Virus record (IMG/VR): IMGVR_UViG_3300017778_001615
Location: 1 to 38,253 of that record
DNA from: a virus
Taxonomy: Duplodnaviria; Caudoviricetes
DNA length: 38,253 nucleotides
Strand: one strand, 5' to 3'
The notes under the pieces are model-generated. The model had not been told where the DNA came from. It saw nothing but the letters and a program-made list of their open reading frames with translations, and searched no databases. The position numbers and the translations under genes were made by a program. Positions 28,915 to 38,078 of this stretch are shown here, piece by piece; the first letter of the stretch is position 1, and the number at the start of each line of letters is the position of its first letter.

Positions 28915-29724
28915 ATGGCAAAACAGTATAAAAAACCAGAAAATACAAAATACAAATCTCGTAAAGACTTAAAAGACTATACGATGGATGACAAAGATGG
29001 AGGATTGAATCCAAAATCATCAGGTGAAAAACTTCCTAATTTATTACGTAAAACTGATAAAGAAGTTATTGACGATGGAACGTATGATGTTAAATGGAAT
29101 GCTGACGATCGTTTATATAAAGATTTAGAAGCTGGCGAGTATGATTCTAAAACTGCTTTAAAACGTCTTAAGAAACGTCAAGATACCGATGAAAAACTAA
29201 GTAAAGATCAATTAAAAGATAAAATTGAAAATTTAACTAGAGAACAAAAAGAACGCATCGTTAGAGAATATGTTCGTAGAAAAATTGAACATATACTAAT
29301 TGAGCAAACTGCTCCAGAAGAAGAACCAGTAGCTCCAGAAGAGCCAGTAGTTCCGGATCCAGCTGCAGCTGCAGCACCAACTGATCCAGCCGCAGCAATG
29401 CCAGCCGCACCAATGCCAACTGATATGCCTGCCGAAGCACCAGTAGACCCAGCAGCAGAAGTTCCAGCACCAGCAGCAGCACCGGAAGCACCAGTAGACC
29501 CGGCAGCAGCTCCTGAGGCTGAAATGTCACCAGAAACTAAAGAAGCATTAGCAGTTGAAAAATTTGTAGCACATTTACAAAAAGAAGGCGGAAATATTGC
29601 TCGTATCAAAACATTGGCAAAAGTAATTAACCAATCAATGAATGAAGCTGAACCAGAAGATAAAATGAATTTCTTTAAATTGCTTCGTCAGTTTGCAATT
29701 AAGAAAATCGCAACAGTAGAATAA
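28915..29724 (+). CDS. Charged hypothetical protein with a Pro/Ala/Glu-rich linker (possible head core protein)
   Basis: K/D/E-rich N-terminus, IVREYVRRKIEHILIE helix, low-complexity linker and helical C-terminus. Confidence 0.65.
   Translation: MAKQYKKPENTKYKSRKDLKDYTMDDKDGGLNPKSSGEKLPNLLRKTDKEVIDDGTYDVKWNADDRLYKDLEAGEYDSKTALKRLKKRQDTDEKLSKDQLKDKIENLTREQKERIVREYVRRKIEHILIEQTAPEEEPVAPEEPVVPDPAAAAAPTDPAAAMPAAPMPTDMPAEAPVDPAAEVPAPAAAPEAPVDPAAAPEAEMSPETKEALAVEKFVAHLQKEGGNIARIKTLAKVINQSMNEAEPEDKMNFFKLLRQFAIKKIATVE
29311..29520 (+). repeat. Low-complexity coding repeats (APEEEPV/APEEPV; EAPVDPAA twice)
   Basis: gaagcaccagtagaccc(a/g)gcagcag at 29434 and 29485. gctccagaag...ccagta occurs twice from 29311. 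Confidence 0.8.
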
Positions 29725-29740
29725 ATTAATAAAAAAAGTT

Positions 29741-30388
29741 ATGTCAAAAAAGTTACAAAATGTCAAAGCAGTCCGCGAAATGCTGGAGGGAACACATAAG
29801 TTCCAGACCAAGAAAACAACAGGGTTTTCTGACGCTGATGCTACTTCGAAGAAAAACGAACGACACGATGTTGGTGATGTGTGGGAAGAGAAAGATCCAA
29901 CTTCTGGATTAATATACATAGTCGAACAGCGAGACGGCTTTCGTGTCCGTAAAACAAAAAACTCAGATGAATTACAAGGTGTACGGGAGGAATTAAGGTC
30001 ATTTAAAAATTGCCCTAAAGAATTCTGTACTTGTAATACTCCTAATCATCTAGACGAGAAGATGAGAAAATTCCACGCAATGTGTTTTGATTGTGTAATT
30101 GATATGGAACATCAGATGAAAAAAGATGGAACATATGAAGAGTATGAACAAAACCGAGTTCGTGCAAATGCATTAGCTTGGCTAAAAGAAGCAGAATCAG
30201 ATATCACACTACTTAAAGATGTTTATACAAATGCAACTCAATTTGTAACTAATTCAACAGGCGATGTAGAAACTTGGTCTGCAAAAATGACACCGGAAGA
30301 ATTCGAAGAAAAAATACAAGCCGGCTTCGAAAAATATAAAGAAAATTTCTTAAAAAACTTAAATGGAGAAAACAATGAAAATGATTAA
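29741..30388 (+). CDS. Hypothetical protein with a probable zinc-binding site
   Basis: CPKEFCTC...HAMCFDC. A-rich leader (AAAAAAAGTTATG) without an SD. Confidence 0.7.
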   Translation: MSKKLQNVKAVREMLEGTHKFQTKKTTGFSDADATSKKNERHDVGDVWEEKDPTSGLIYIVEQRDGFRVRKTKNSDELQGVREELRSFKNCPKEFCTCNTPNHLDEKMRKFHAMCFDCVIDMEHQMKKDGTYEEYEQNRVRANALAWLKEAESDITLLKDVYTNATQFVTNSTGDVETWSAKMTPEEFEEKIQAGFEKYKENFLKNLNGENNEND

Positions 30389-30707
30389 AAAGTATTGGGC
30401 TGTTATCGTAGGAGTCGTAGCAGCAGTATTAGGATTAATTTGGATAACAAAAGCATCATCCGCAAAAAAACAAAGTGACTTAAATAAAAAAATTAAGTCA
30501 AATGAAAAACAAGTTGATGTTTTAGCTGGTAAAGTTGAAGTAATTGAAGACCAGCGAGTTGCCGTTAAAACTGAGATTAAAGCAGAAAAAGAAGTAATAG
30601 CAGACTTAAAACAACAAAAAGAAACCATTAAGCCAGCAACGAGACCAATCACTGCAGCCAAACAAAATATACTAGATAAGACATCTCGCAACAAGAAAAA
30701 GAAATAA
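30375..30707 (+). CDS. Membrane-anchored coiled-coil protein (i-spanin-like)
   Basis: Basic N-terminus, TM segment WAVIVGVVAAVLGLIWI, then a coiled coil. GGAG at 30365 precedes ATG 30375 and ATG 30381. Confidence 0.5.
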   Translation: MKMIKKYWAVIVGVVAAVLGLIWITKASSAKKQSDLNKKIKSNEKQVDVLAGKVEVIEDQRVAVKTEIKAEKEVIADLKQQKETIKPATRPITAAKQNILDKTSRNKKKK

Positions 30708-31072
30708 TGAGAATATTACTACTCATATTATTGTTTCCATTTTTGGCAACTAGTCAAACAGTTGATACATGTTTTACGGCAGAACAAATACAAGATATAT
30801 CTTATACCTTAGATTCGCTGTATCAGTTAAATGATATCAATGACAGTATTATAGCACATCAGACTAAATTAATTGGGCAACAAGATCATTTAATTAATTT
30901 GGATTCATTGCAATTAGATTATAAAACAAAACAAGTTGCATTGCTACAAGATAATATTTCACTGTATATAGAACGAGAAAAACAATTTAAACCAAAATGG
31001 TACAATGCAAAATCAATTTGGTACGGCCTAGGAATTGCAACATCTATATTAATATTTGAAATTGTAAAATAA
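30707..31072 (+). CDS. Exported coiled-coil protein with a C-terminal TM helix (possible spanin partner)
   Basis: Signal peptide MRILLLILLFPFLATSQ, coiled coil, C-terminal WYGLGIATSILIF. Coupled to both neighbours by TAATG. Confidence 0.45.
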   Translation: MRILLLILLFPFLATSQTVDTCFTAEQIQDISYTLDSLYQLNDINDSIIAHQTKLIGQQDHLINLDSLQLDYKTKQVALLQDNISLYIEREKQFKPKWYNAKSIWYGLGIATSILIFEIVK

Positions 31073-32652
31073 TGGCACAACCAAACATAAGACAAATCAT
31101 TCAGCAACAATATATGGCGTGTGCTAAAGACCCAGTCTTTTTTATGCGAAATTATTGTTACATTCAACATCCTAAACGAGGAAAGATTAAATTTAATTTA
31201 TTCGATTTTCAGGAAGATACATTAACTGAATTAAGAGATAACCGATACAATGTTATTTTGAAATCACGTCAGTTAGGAATATCAACGTTGTCTGCAGGAT
31301 TTGCTTTATGGAGTATGTTGTTCAACGAAGACTTTAATACCCTAGTTATTGCAACCACACAAGAAGTAGCCAAAAACTTGGTTACTAAGGTACGTGTCAT
31401 GCACGATAATCTTCCTAGTTGGCTTAAGGGTACAATTGAGGCTGACAATAAATTATCATTGAAATTTAAAAATGGCTCACAAATCAAAGCAGTATCATCA
31501 TCATCTACTGGTGCACGTTCTGAAGCATTATCATTATTAATCGTAGATGAGGCTGCGTTTATTCGCAACATCGAAGAGATATGGATTGCATCACAAGCAA
31601 CACTATCAACAGGTGGTGGGGCTATCGTATTGTCTACTCCTAATGGTATTGGTAACTGGTTTCATCAAACTTGGGCCGATGCCGAAGCAGAAACAAATGG
31701 TTTCCATACCATTCGTTTGCATTGGGAAGTACATCCAGAACGAGATCAATCATGGAGAGATGAACAGACTCAGTTACTAGGTGAACGAGGCGCTGCACAG
31801 GAATGTGATTGCGATTTTGTGTCATCTGGCCATACTGTAATAGAAGGCTCTATACTACAAAAATTTGAGTTACGATGCGAAGATCCAATTGAAAAAAGAG
31901 GATTTGATAATGGATATTGGGTATGGGAATATCCTGACTATTCCAGAGACTATATAGTTGTAGCTGACGTTGCCCGTGGTGACTCTGCTGACTGGTCCGC
32001 ATTCCACGTTATTGATGTTTTGGATATAAAGCAGGTTGCTGAGTATAAAGGCAAGATACCACCAAAAGAATTTGGTAACATGTTAGTAACCGTTGCAACT
32101 GAATGGAACAATGCTTTACTGGCAATTGAAAATGCAAACATTGGGTGGGCAGCAATACAGCCGGCCTTAGATAGAGGATATCAAAATCTACATTATACAT
32201 ATAAAGACGATGGTTATACAGATGCCGATGTTCAATTGAAAAAAGGTTATGACATGAAAGACAAATCACAAATGGTACCGGGTGTAACAACATCATCCCG
32301 AACTAGACCATTAATGATTTCAGCTTTAGAAATGTATATGCGTGAAGGAACTCCTATTATACGCAGTAAACGACTCATACAAGAACTATTTGTATTCATA
32401 TGGTTAAATGGCAAAGCTCAATCACAAAATGGTTACAATGATGATTTAGTAATGTCTTTTTGTATTGGGCTGTGGCTACGTGACACATCTTTAAAACTCA
32501 GACAACAAGGAATCAATCTAAGTAAACAAGCCCTAGGGCAGTTTCAAAAGACTACATCTGTAATTTATACTGGGAATCAAAATCAACAAGATACCGGTTG
32601 GACGTGGAATAATGGCGGAGAAGATGAAAGTTTAACTTGGCTTATCAAGTAA
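31072..32652 (+). CDS. terL: Terminase large subunit (T4 gp17-like)
   Basis: FDFQ, Walker A KSRQLGIST, Walker B LLIVDEAAF, coupling motif LSTPNG and nuclease motifs ADVARG, DWSA and DDLVMS. Confidence 0.96.
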   Translation: MAQPNIRQIIQQQYMACAKDPVFFMRNYCYIQHPKRGKIKFNLFDFQEDTLTELRDNRYNVILKSRQLGISTLSAGFALWSMLFNEDFNTLVIATTQEVAKNLVTKVRVMHDNLPSWLKGTIEADNKLSLKFKNGSQIKAVSSSSTGARSEALSLLIVDEAAFIRNIEEIWIASQATLSTGGGAIVLSTPNGIGNWFHQTWADAEAETNGFHTIRLHWEVHPERDQSWRDEQTQLLGERGAAQECDCDFVSSGHTVIEGSILQKFELRCEDPIEKRGFDNGYWVWEYPDYSRDYIVVADVARGDSADWSAFHVIDVLDIKQVAEYKGKIPPKEFGNMLVTVATEWNNALLAIENANIGWAAIQPALDRGYQNLHYTYKDDGYTDADVQLKKGYDMKDKSQMVPGVTTSSRTRPLMISALEMYMREGTPIIRSKRLIQELFVFIWLNGKAQSQNGYNDDLVMSFCIGLWLRDTSLKLRQQGINLSKQALGQFQKTTSVIYTGNQNQQDTGWTWNNGGEDESLTWLIK

Positions 32653-32678
32653 AAAATTGCATTGATCTTTAATTAGTT

Positions 32679-32686
32679 ATATTTAT
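32679..32686 (+). promoter_or_regulatory. Putative late promoter ATATTTAT
   Basis: 20 nt before the portal ATG at 32699. Confidence 0.7.
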
Positions 32687-32698
32687 AATAAAGAAAAT

Positions 32699-34537
32699 AT
32701 GGCGTCATTAAGAAAACGTTTACAGAATTTATTTAGTACCAATGTCATTGTTAGGGCATATGGTAAAGATCAACTTCGTGTAGTTGATACAAATAGACTA
32801 CAAGGTGTAGGAAATTTAGGTCAGAGTAAAATAGCTGATAGATATACTAGATTGCATGGAGCTAACAAGCATCGTGTCGGTGGTATGGGTGGCTACGATT
32901 CCAACTACTATATGCATCAGAATCGTTTGCAATTATATGCAGATTATGAAATGATGGATAAAGATCCAATTATTAGTTCGGCATTAGATATCTATTCAGA
33001 TGAATCAACATTAGCTGATCAATTTGGTGAAATCCTAACAATTAAAACTAATAATACTCGTATTCAAAAAATACTTTATAATTTATTTTATGATGTATTG
33101 AACATTGAATTCAATATGTGGACATGGATTCGTAACATGACCAAATATGGAGATTTCTTTTTAAAGCTGGATATTGCAGATGAAGTTGGTATTTTAAATG
33201 CCCGTCCATTTTCTAGTTATGAAATGGAACGTTGGGAAGAATACAATGAATCTACTGGCGAGTATGATATCAAGTTCAAAAACATTGCCTCTGAGCAAAT
33301 GACTTATGATGTGTTTGAGATAGCACATTTCCGTATGTTATCAGATTCTAACTTCTTGCCGTACGGTAGATCAATGTTAGAAGGAGCCCGTAAAGAATTC
33401 CAAAAATTAATGATGTTAGAAGATGCAATGCTTATTCACAGAATAATGCGTGCCCCGGAAAAACGTATATTTAAAATTGATATTGGTAATATTCCACCAA
33501 ATGAAGTTGATTCATTCATGGAAACAATTATCAATAAAATGAAAAAAATTCCGCATATTGATCCGCAATCTGGAAACTACAATCTTAAGTTTAATCTAAA
33601 CAATATGTTGGAGGATTACTACTTACCGGTGCGTGGAGGTCAATCATCTACATCAATTGATACACTGCCAGGAATGACCTTTACCGGTATTGAAGATATC
33701 GATTATGTTAAACATAAAATGATGGCTGCACTTAAAATACCAAAACCATTTTTAGGTTATGATGAAGGTGTTGAAGGTAAATCTACATTAGCATCTATGG
33801 ATATTCGTTTTGCTAGAACAATTGAACGTATACAAAAAGTAGTCGTATCTGAATTGGCAAAAATTGCAATTGTGCATTTATATGCTCAAGGATTTGAAGG
33901 AGAAGATTTAGTTGGATTTGAATTAGAATTGACGGCACCATCAATTATATATGATCAACAAAAAGTTGCATTAATGAATGAGAAAATCATATTAGCAAAT
34001 GCAATGAAAGATAGCAAACTAATTTCTGACAAATACATTTATGAATACATATTCAATATGTCAGAAGAACAGTGGCTACAAGAACGAACTAACGTGATAG
34101 AGGATCTTAAAATGAGATTCCGTCAAAACCAAATTGAACAAGAAGGAAATGATCCCGCAGTAACTGGAGTATCATATGGAACACCACACGATCTAGCATC
34201 GGTTCATATGTCTAGCAACGAAGTTGAAGAAAAAGACAAAGGAGGTCGACCTCCTGAAGGTATTAAATATGGCCAACATAAAAATGAATTTGGTTGGGAT
34301 CCGACGGGTATCAAACAAATTAAACAAGCATTTAATCCAGAAAATCAAAAGACGGCATTCCAACCTGACCCTAAATTTAAAAGAACAGTTGGAACTGTGG
34401 CAGTTGAAAGCATATTGAAGCAATTTGATTCTAAAAATAAATCAAGATCAATTATTACAGAATCACTTAAATCTAGTAAGCCAACAGAAACTGATACAGA
34501 TGCTGGTACAATGTTAGACGAAAACAATATTTTATAA
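32699..34537 (+). CDS. Portal protein (T4 gp20-like)
   Basis: LEDAMLIHRIMRAPEKRIFKIDIGNIP, MLEDYYLPVRGG, IDTLPG and ALKIPK are gp20 motifs. Confidence 0.96.
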   Translation: MASLRKRLQNLFSTNVIVRAYGKDQLRVVDTNRLQGVGNLGQSKIADRYTRLHGANKHRVGGMGGYDSNYYMHQNRLQLYADYEMMDKDPIISSALDIYSDESTLADQFGEILTIKTNNTRIQKILYNLFYDVLNIEFNMWTWIRNMTKYGDFFLKLDIADEVGILNARPFSSYEMERWEEYNESTGEYDIKFKNIASEQMTYDVFEIAHFRMLSDSNFLPYGRSMLEGARKEFQKLMMLEDAMLIHRIMRAPEKRIFKIDIGNIPPNEVDSFMETIINKMKKIPHIDPQSGNYNLKFNLNNMLEDYYLPVRGGQSSTSIDTLPGMTFTGIEDIDYVKHKMMAALKIPKPFLGYDEGVEGKSTLASMDIRFARTIERIQKVVVSELAKIAIVHLYAQGFEGEDLVGFELELTAPSIIYDQQKVALMNEKIILANAMKDSKLISDKYIYEYIFNMSEEQWLQERTNVIEDLKMRFRQNQIEQEGNDPAVTGVSYGTPHDLASVHMSSNEVEEKDKGGRPPEGIKYGQHKNEFGWDPTGIKQIKQAFNPENQKTAFQPDPKFKRTVGTVAVESILKQFDSKNKSRSIITESLKSSKPTETDTDAGTMLDENNIL

Positions 34538-34545
34538 CTACAAAC

Positions 34546-34553
34546 ATATTTAT
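34546..34553 (+). promoter_or_regulatory. Putative late promoter ATATTTAT
   Basis: 33 nt before ATG 34579. Confidence 0.65.
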
Positions 34554-34578
34554 TAAAAAATAAGGCACCGAACAACAC

Positions 34579-35427
34579 ATGAAGAAACTAAAACATTCAA
34601 AGTATAAAAATACTGGTATTTTATTTGAACTGTTAGTGAGGAAATTAACTTCAGAAACATTGTCATCAAACAAATCGGTTACCATTGATATTATTAAAAA
34701 ATATTTTGGTAAATCGACCGAGTTATCTAAGGAATTACATTTATATAATTCACTAGTTAAAGAGCAGTTTAAAAGCGAAGCACATGCATTAGATTATATA
34801 CGAACAGTTAAATCTGCGTATGATAAATTAAATCAAAGTGTACTAAAAAGACAACGATATAATCTAGTAAAAGAAATCTCGGAGAAATTTGTATTTACGG
34901 ATATGGCGAAAACCCATATTAATAACTATAAAGTATTAGCATCAATTAACATGTTATTTGAAAATGAGGAAACGGCAAATCCAAAACAAATAATGGAATG
35001 CAAACTTGTGATTGTTGATCACGTATTGTTAACGGAACGCGTTAAACCACAAGCAGATGAATTGATGGAGGCTTTTACGGCTCAACCAAAAGATATACGA
35101 TTATTATCATATAAATTGTTAGTAGATAAATTCAACGAAAAATACTCAGTATTAGATGAATCTCAAAAGCAACTATTAAATAAATACATTGTTAATGTTA
35201 ATGATACTACGGCACTTAAAGAATATATTCGTAAAATTATTCCGGGTATTAAATCAGACCTAGCTGCCCAATCAAAAACAATAACAGATCAAGTTACTAA
35301 AATTAAAGTATCTAAATTATCAGAAATGCTTTGCAATGTAGAATCAATGAAAACCATCAAAGAATCTCACGTATTGTCATTGCTAAGATATTTTGATTTA
35401 GTTCGCGAACTAAAAGGGATGCATTAA
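34579..35427 (+). CDS. Helical hypothetical protein of the head module
   Basis: 282-aa ORF between the portal and the prohead protease. Starts KHSKYKNTGILFELL. Confidence 0.7.
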   Translation: MKKLKHSKYKNTGILFELLVRKLTSETLSSNKSVTIDIIKKYFGKSTELSKELHLYNSLVKEQFKSEAHALDYIRTVKSAYDKLNQSVLKRQRYNLVKEISEKFVFTDMAKTHINNYKVLASINMLFENEETANPKQIMECKLVIVDHVLLTERVKPQADELMEAFTAQPKDIRLLSYKLLVDKFNEKYSVLDESQKQLLNKYIVNVNDTTALKEYIRKIIPGIKSDLAAQSKTITDQVTKIKVSKLSEMLCNVESMKTIKESHVLSLLRYFDLVRELKGMH

Positions 35428-36152
35428 TGAAATCACTATTACGAGAAATGGAAGAAAAATTCCAAGAAATTAATGATTCCTGCGACTGCGGTTCTCCAGA
35501 ATGTATGGATTGTAATACCGAAGAAATTGACGAGCAAAACGTAACTGGAGCTGTAGCTGGATATAATACTCCAAATGCATTTGCTACTGAGAAATCATTT
35601 AAAAAGAAAAAGTTTAAATATGAATCTGTAAATAAACCAGCTACATATCAACCCGGAGTTGCACAATCTCCAGAATCTGATGAAGAAATATTCAATGATA
35701 AATTTCCATTCGCAGCTAAAGATGAGTTTTGGTGGCAAGCAGATGCTAAGTATCCTGTAGAATATTATGCAGACGGAATGGGAACGGGTAATATTAAAGA
35801 TACTACAACACAAAAAGGTAAATTACCAATGCCAAACAAAACAACTCAGACCGGCAATATTTTAAAGGTTGAAGATGTTTTAGAAAAGAAATATTCAGAG
35901 CTAATCGAATCATATCGATCATTTACAACTAATAAACCAGATGTAACACCTGCTAAAAAAGTTAATGATACAATTCGCGAGATTGCAAAAAAGTTACAAG
36001 AGATTGAAACACTAGTAACCTATAATAGCAAATTGAAAACAGAATCGGGAGTAACATCATCACATTATGGTGCTTCTACGAATAAAGCATTAACAAAAAT
36101 ATCGGAACGATTAATTAAGATATCGGAACGCGTAAGATCATTAGGAGAATAA
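35427..36152 (+). CDS. Hypothetical prohead core/internal protein
   Basis: MKSLLRE start, CDC..ECMDC cluster, IDE|QNVTGAVAGYNTP and a C-terminal coiled coil with KISER repeated twice. Confidence 0.6.
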   Translation: MKSLLREMEEKFQEINDSCDCGSPECMDCNTEEIDEQNVTGAVAGYNTPNAFATEKSFKKKKFKYESVNKPATYQPGVAQSPESDEEIFNDKFPFAAKDEFWWQADAKYPVEYYADGMGTGNIKDTTTQKGKLPMPNKTTQTGNILKVEDVLEKKYSELIESYRSFTTNKPDVTPAKKVNDTIREIAKKLQEIETLVTYNSKLKTESGVTSSHYGASTNKALTKISERLIKISERVRSLGE

Positions 36153-36153
36153 T

Positions 36154-36783
36154 ATGTCAAAACAACTTATAGTCGATTATATGCCTTTCCGCCCTATAGG
36201 CTCACTAAACGAGTCGAGCGGCGATAAGTATGGCATTCCTGGAGGTTTTGTTGTGCAAGGTATATTACAACGGTCTGGAGCTAAGAATCAAAACGGCAGG
36301 ATATATCCAAAAAATATCTTAATGCGTGAATGTAGTCGATATCAGATAGAGTATATCGATCAACACAGAGCATTAGGCGAACTAGATCATCCAGAATCAT
36401 CAGTTGTCAACTTAAACAACGTATCTCACAATATATTAAAAATATGGTGGGAAGGCGATGATTTAAAGGGAGCTGTACAGATACTAGATACTCCTAGCGG
36501 TAAAATCCTTAAGGAATTATTCAAAGCAGGAATAACATTGGGTATATCATCTCGCGGATTAGGATCTGTTAAAGAACTAAGAAGTGAAGGCACTGTGGAA
36601 GTTCAAGAAGACTTTGAATTGATATGTTGGGACTTTGTTTCTAACCCATCGACCCAAGGAGCATTTATGAGACCATCTCAAATGCATGAATCAGTAGATA
36701 AAACAAATACATCAAATAAGTACAACAAAGTAAATAGTATCATTACATCAATATTATGTGATGATGGAAAATGCAGGATATAA
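36154..36783 (+). CDS. Prohead core protease (T4 gp21-like)
   Basis: NQNGRIYP, ALGELDHP (His), GISSRGLGS (Ser) and WDFVSNPS (Asp). AGGAG SD at 36143. Confidence 0.95.
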   Translation: MSKQLIVDYMPFRPIGSLNESSGDKYGIPGGFVVQGILQRSGAKNQNGRIYPKNILMRECSRYQIEYIDQHRALGELDHPESSVVNLNNVSHNILKIWWEGDDLKGAVQILDTPSGKILKELFKAGITLGISSRGLGSVKELRSEGTVEVQEDFELICWDFVSNPSTQGAFMRPSQMHESVDKTNTSNKYNKVNSIITSILCDDGKCRI

Positions 36784-36784
36784 T

Positions 36785-37162
36785 ATGAAGACACCTAACT
36801 TAAAAATAATATTAGAAATGATAAATGGTGAGGAAGCACCTAAAATGACTCGTCAAGAAAAAACAGAATTTCTAGAGTCAGTAAAAAACTTCTCAGCTTT
36901 AGGCGAATCTGTTTATGGTAAAAATAATTTGCAAGAACTATGCGAACGAGTTAGAGATATTGTTGATAAAGGTCAAAGAGTAATGACTGAAAGTGGCGAT
37001 TGGTTCGAATCTGTAGAACACAAAAAAGGATTCAAGCGAATTGAAGAAGATTATAAAATGTTCGAAGAGACGGCAAAAGAAATGTCTAGATTGCAAGAAC
37101 GTTTAAGTATTGCATATGAAAACATAGGGCAAGGTTTAAGTCGTTATTATGATATGGATTAA
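36785..37162 (+). CDS. Hypothetical helical head-module protein
   Basis: Start set at ATG 36785, right after the protease stop codon. N-terminus reads LKIILE. Confidence 0.65.
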   Translation: MKTPNLKIILEMINGEEAPKMTRQEKTEFLESVKNFSALGESVYGKNNLQELCERVRDIVDKGQRVMTESGDWFESVEHKKGFKRIEEDYKMFEETAKEMSRLQERLSIAYENIGQGLSRYYDMD

Positions 37163-37192
37163 TTTGGTTATTACAAAAAAAATAATTATATT
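37163..37192 (+). promoter_or_regulatory. Putative host-type promoter TTTG-N20-TATATT
   Basis: Same architecture as the copies at 18552 and 18704. Upstream of the 37207 ORF and bS21. Confidence 0.5.
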
Positions 37193-37206
37193 ATATTAGG
37201 AACACG

Positions 37207-37740
37207 ATGAATAAAATTAAAAAACTATATAAAGAATTTTTTGGATTGCAAGAACAATCAACGGCACCAGGAAAAATAGAAACATCTGACATAAAAAAAG
37301 CTCAAGTACTAGCTAAAAACGGAGTTACTGTTAAGTTAACAACTCCCGGGATAACTGAGAATGAAATAGATGAAGCACAACTTACCAATCATATGACTGA
37401 CTATCGTGGTGGAGTTGAATATGTATTAAGAGATCCGGCAGAAGCTCAAGCTGTTGCTGCGGATATTCAACAATGGGCTGAGAAAAAAGGATTCACGGTT
37501 GTTAATAAAAAAGTATCTGAATCAGGTAAGGTTGGGTATTTCTATTTTCGTTTAGGAGAAGATCCAGCCCGAGATTCACAACGTATTCAAGGATATATTT
37601 CACAGAAGCCTGAAATTAAACATTTCCGTTTCAATGTTAGAGGAGAAGCTCAAGCAGCACCTACTCAAGCACCTAGACAACAAAGATCAGTCGCTCCAAC
37701 ACCAATTGCCCCAGCCCCAACTAATAATCCAATCGTATAA
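37207..37740 (+). CDS. Hypothetical protein with a predicted ferredoxin-like (beta-alpha-beta-beta-alpha-beta) C-terminal domain
   Basis: Pattern VEYVLRDP / AEAQAVAADIQQWAEKKG / FTVVNKKV / GYFYFRL / RDSQRIQGYIS / IKHFRFNV, followed by a Pro-rich tail. Confidence 0.6.
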   Translation: MNKIKKLYKEFFGLQEQSTAPGKIETSDIKKAQVLAKNGVTVKLTTPGITENEIDEAQLTNHMTDYRGGVEYVLRDPAEAQAVAADIQQWAEKKGFTVVNKKVSESGKVGYFYFRLGEDPARDSQRIQGYISQKPEIKHFRFNVRGEAQAAPTQAPRQQRSVAPTPIAPAPTNNPIV

Positions 37741-37758
37741 ATAAATAAACAAGTTATA

Positions 37759-38004
37759 ATGAGTAAAAAACAAAAACAACATCAAGCTATCGTTCCGGGT
37801 AATGCAATGGCAGTTAAAGTAGTTGGCACATCTAGAGAAGATTTAGGATATGCAATTAAAGGATGGAAACGCAAAGTAAAAAACGCTGGAATAATAGAAG
37901 AAACTAGAGATAGAAAAGAATTTATTAAACCTAGTGTTAAAAAGCGACGACAACATCAAGCAGCCGTGTTTATGCAATATGTAAGAAACTTGCACGCAAA
38001 TTAA
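37759..38004 (+). CDS. rpsU: Phage-encoded ribosomal protein bS21
   Basis: VKV...EDLGYAIKGWKRKVKNAGIIEETRDRKEFIKPSVKKRR matches the bS21 pattern (e.ALrrFKr.....Gi..e.r.re.yeKPs..r). Head-module location fits known bS21 phages. Confidence 0.9.
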   Translation: MSKKQKQHQAIVPGNAMAVKVVGTSREDLGYAIKGWKRKVKNAGIIEETRDRKEFIKPSVKKRRQHQAAVFMQYVRNLHAN

Positions 38005-38025
38005 TTATTAAAATATTTTACTATT

Positions 38026-38057
38026 AAAGCCCCTTCCTAAAAAGTTGGGGCTTTTTT
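38026..38057 (+). terminator. Rho-independent terminator after bS21
   Basis: AAAGCCCC-N13-GGGGCTTT followed by further T residues. Confidence 0.85.
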
Positions 38058-38078
38058 ACTGGTTTTTCAAACTTGCTT

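Noticed and set aside
36096-36136. Repeat atatcggaacg twice at 21-nt spacing as a regulatory site
   Set aside because: Explained by the coiled-coil heptad repeat KISERLI/KISERVR in the coding frame.
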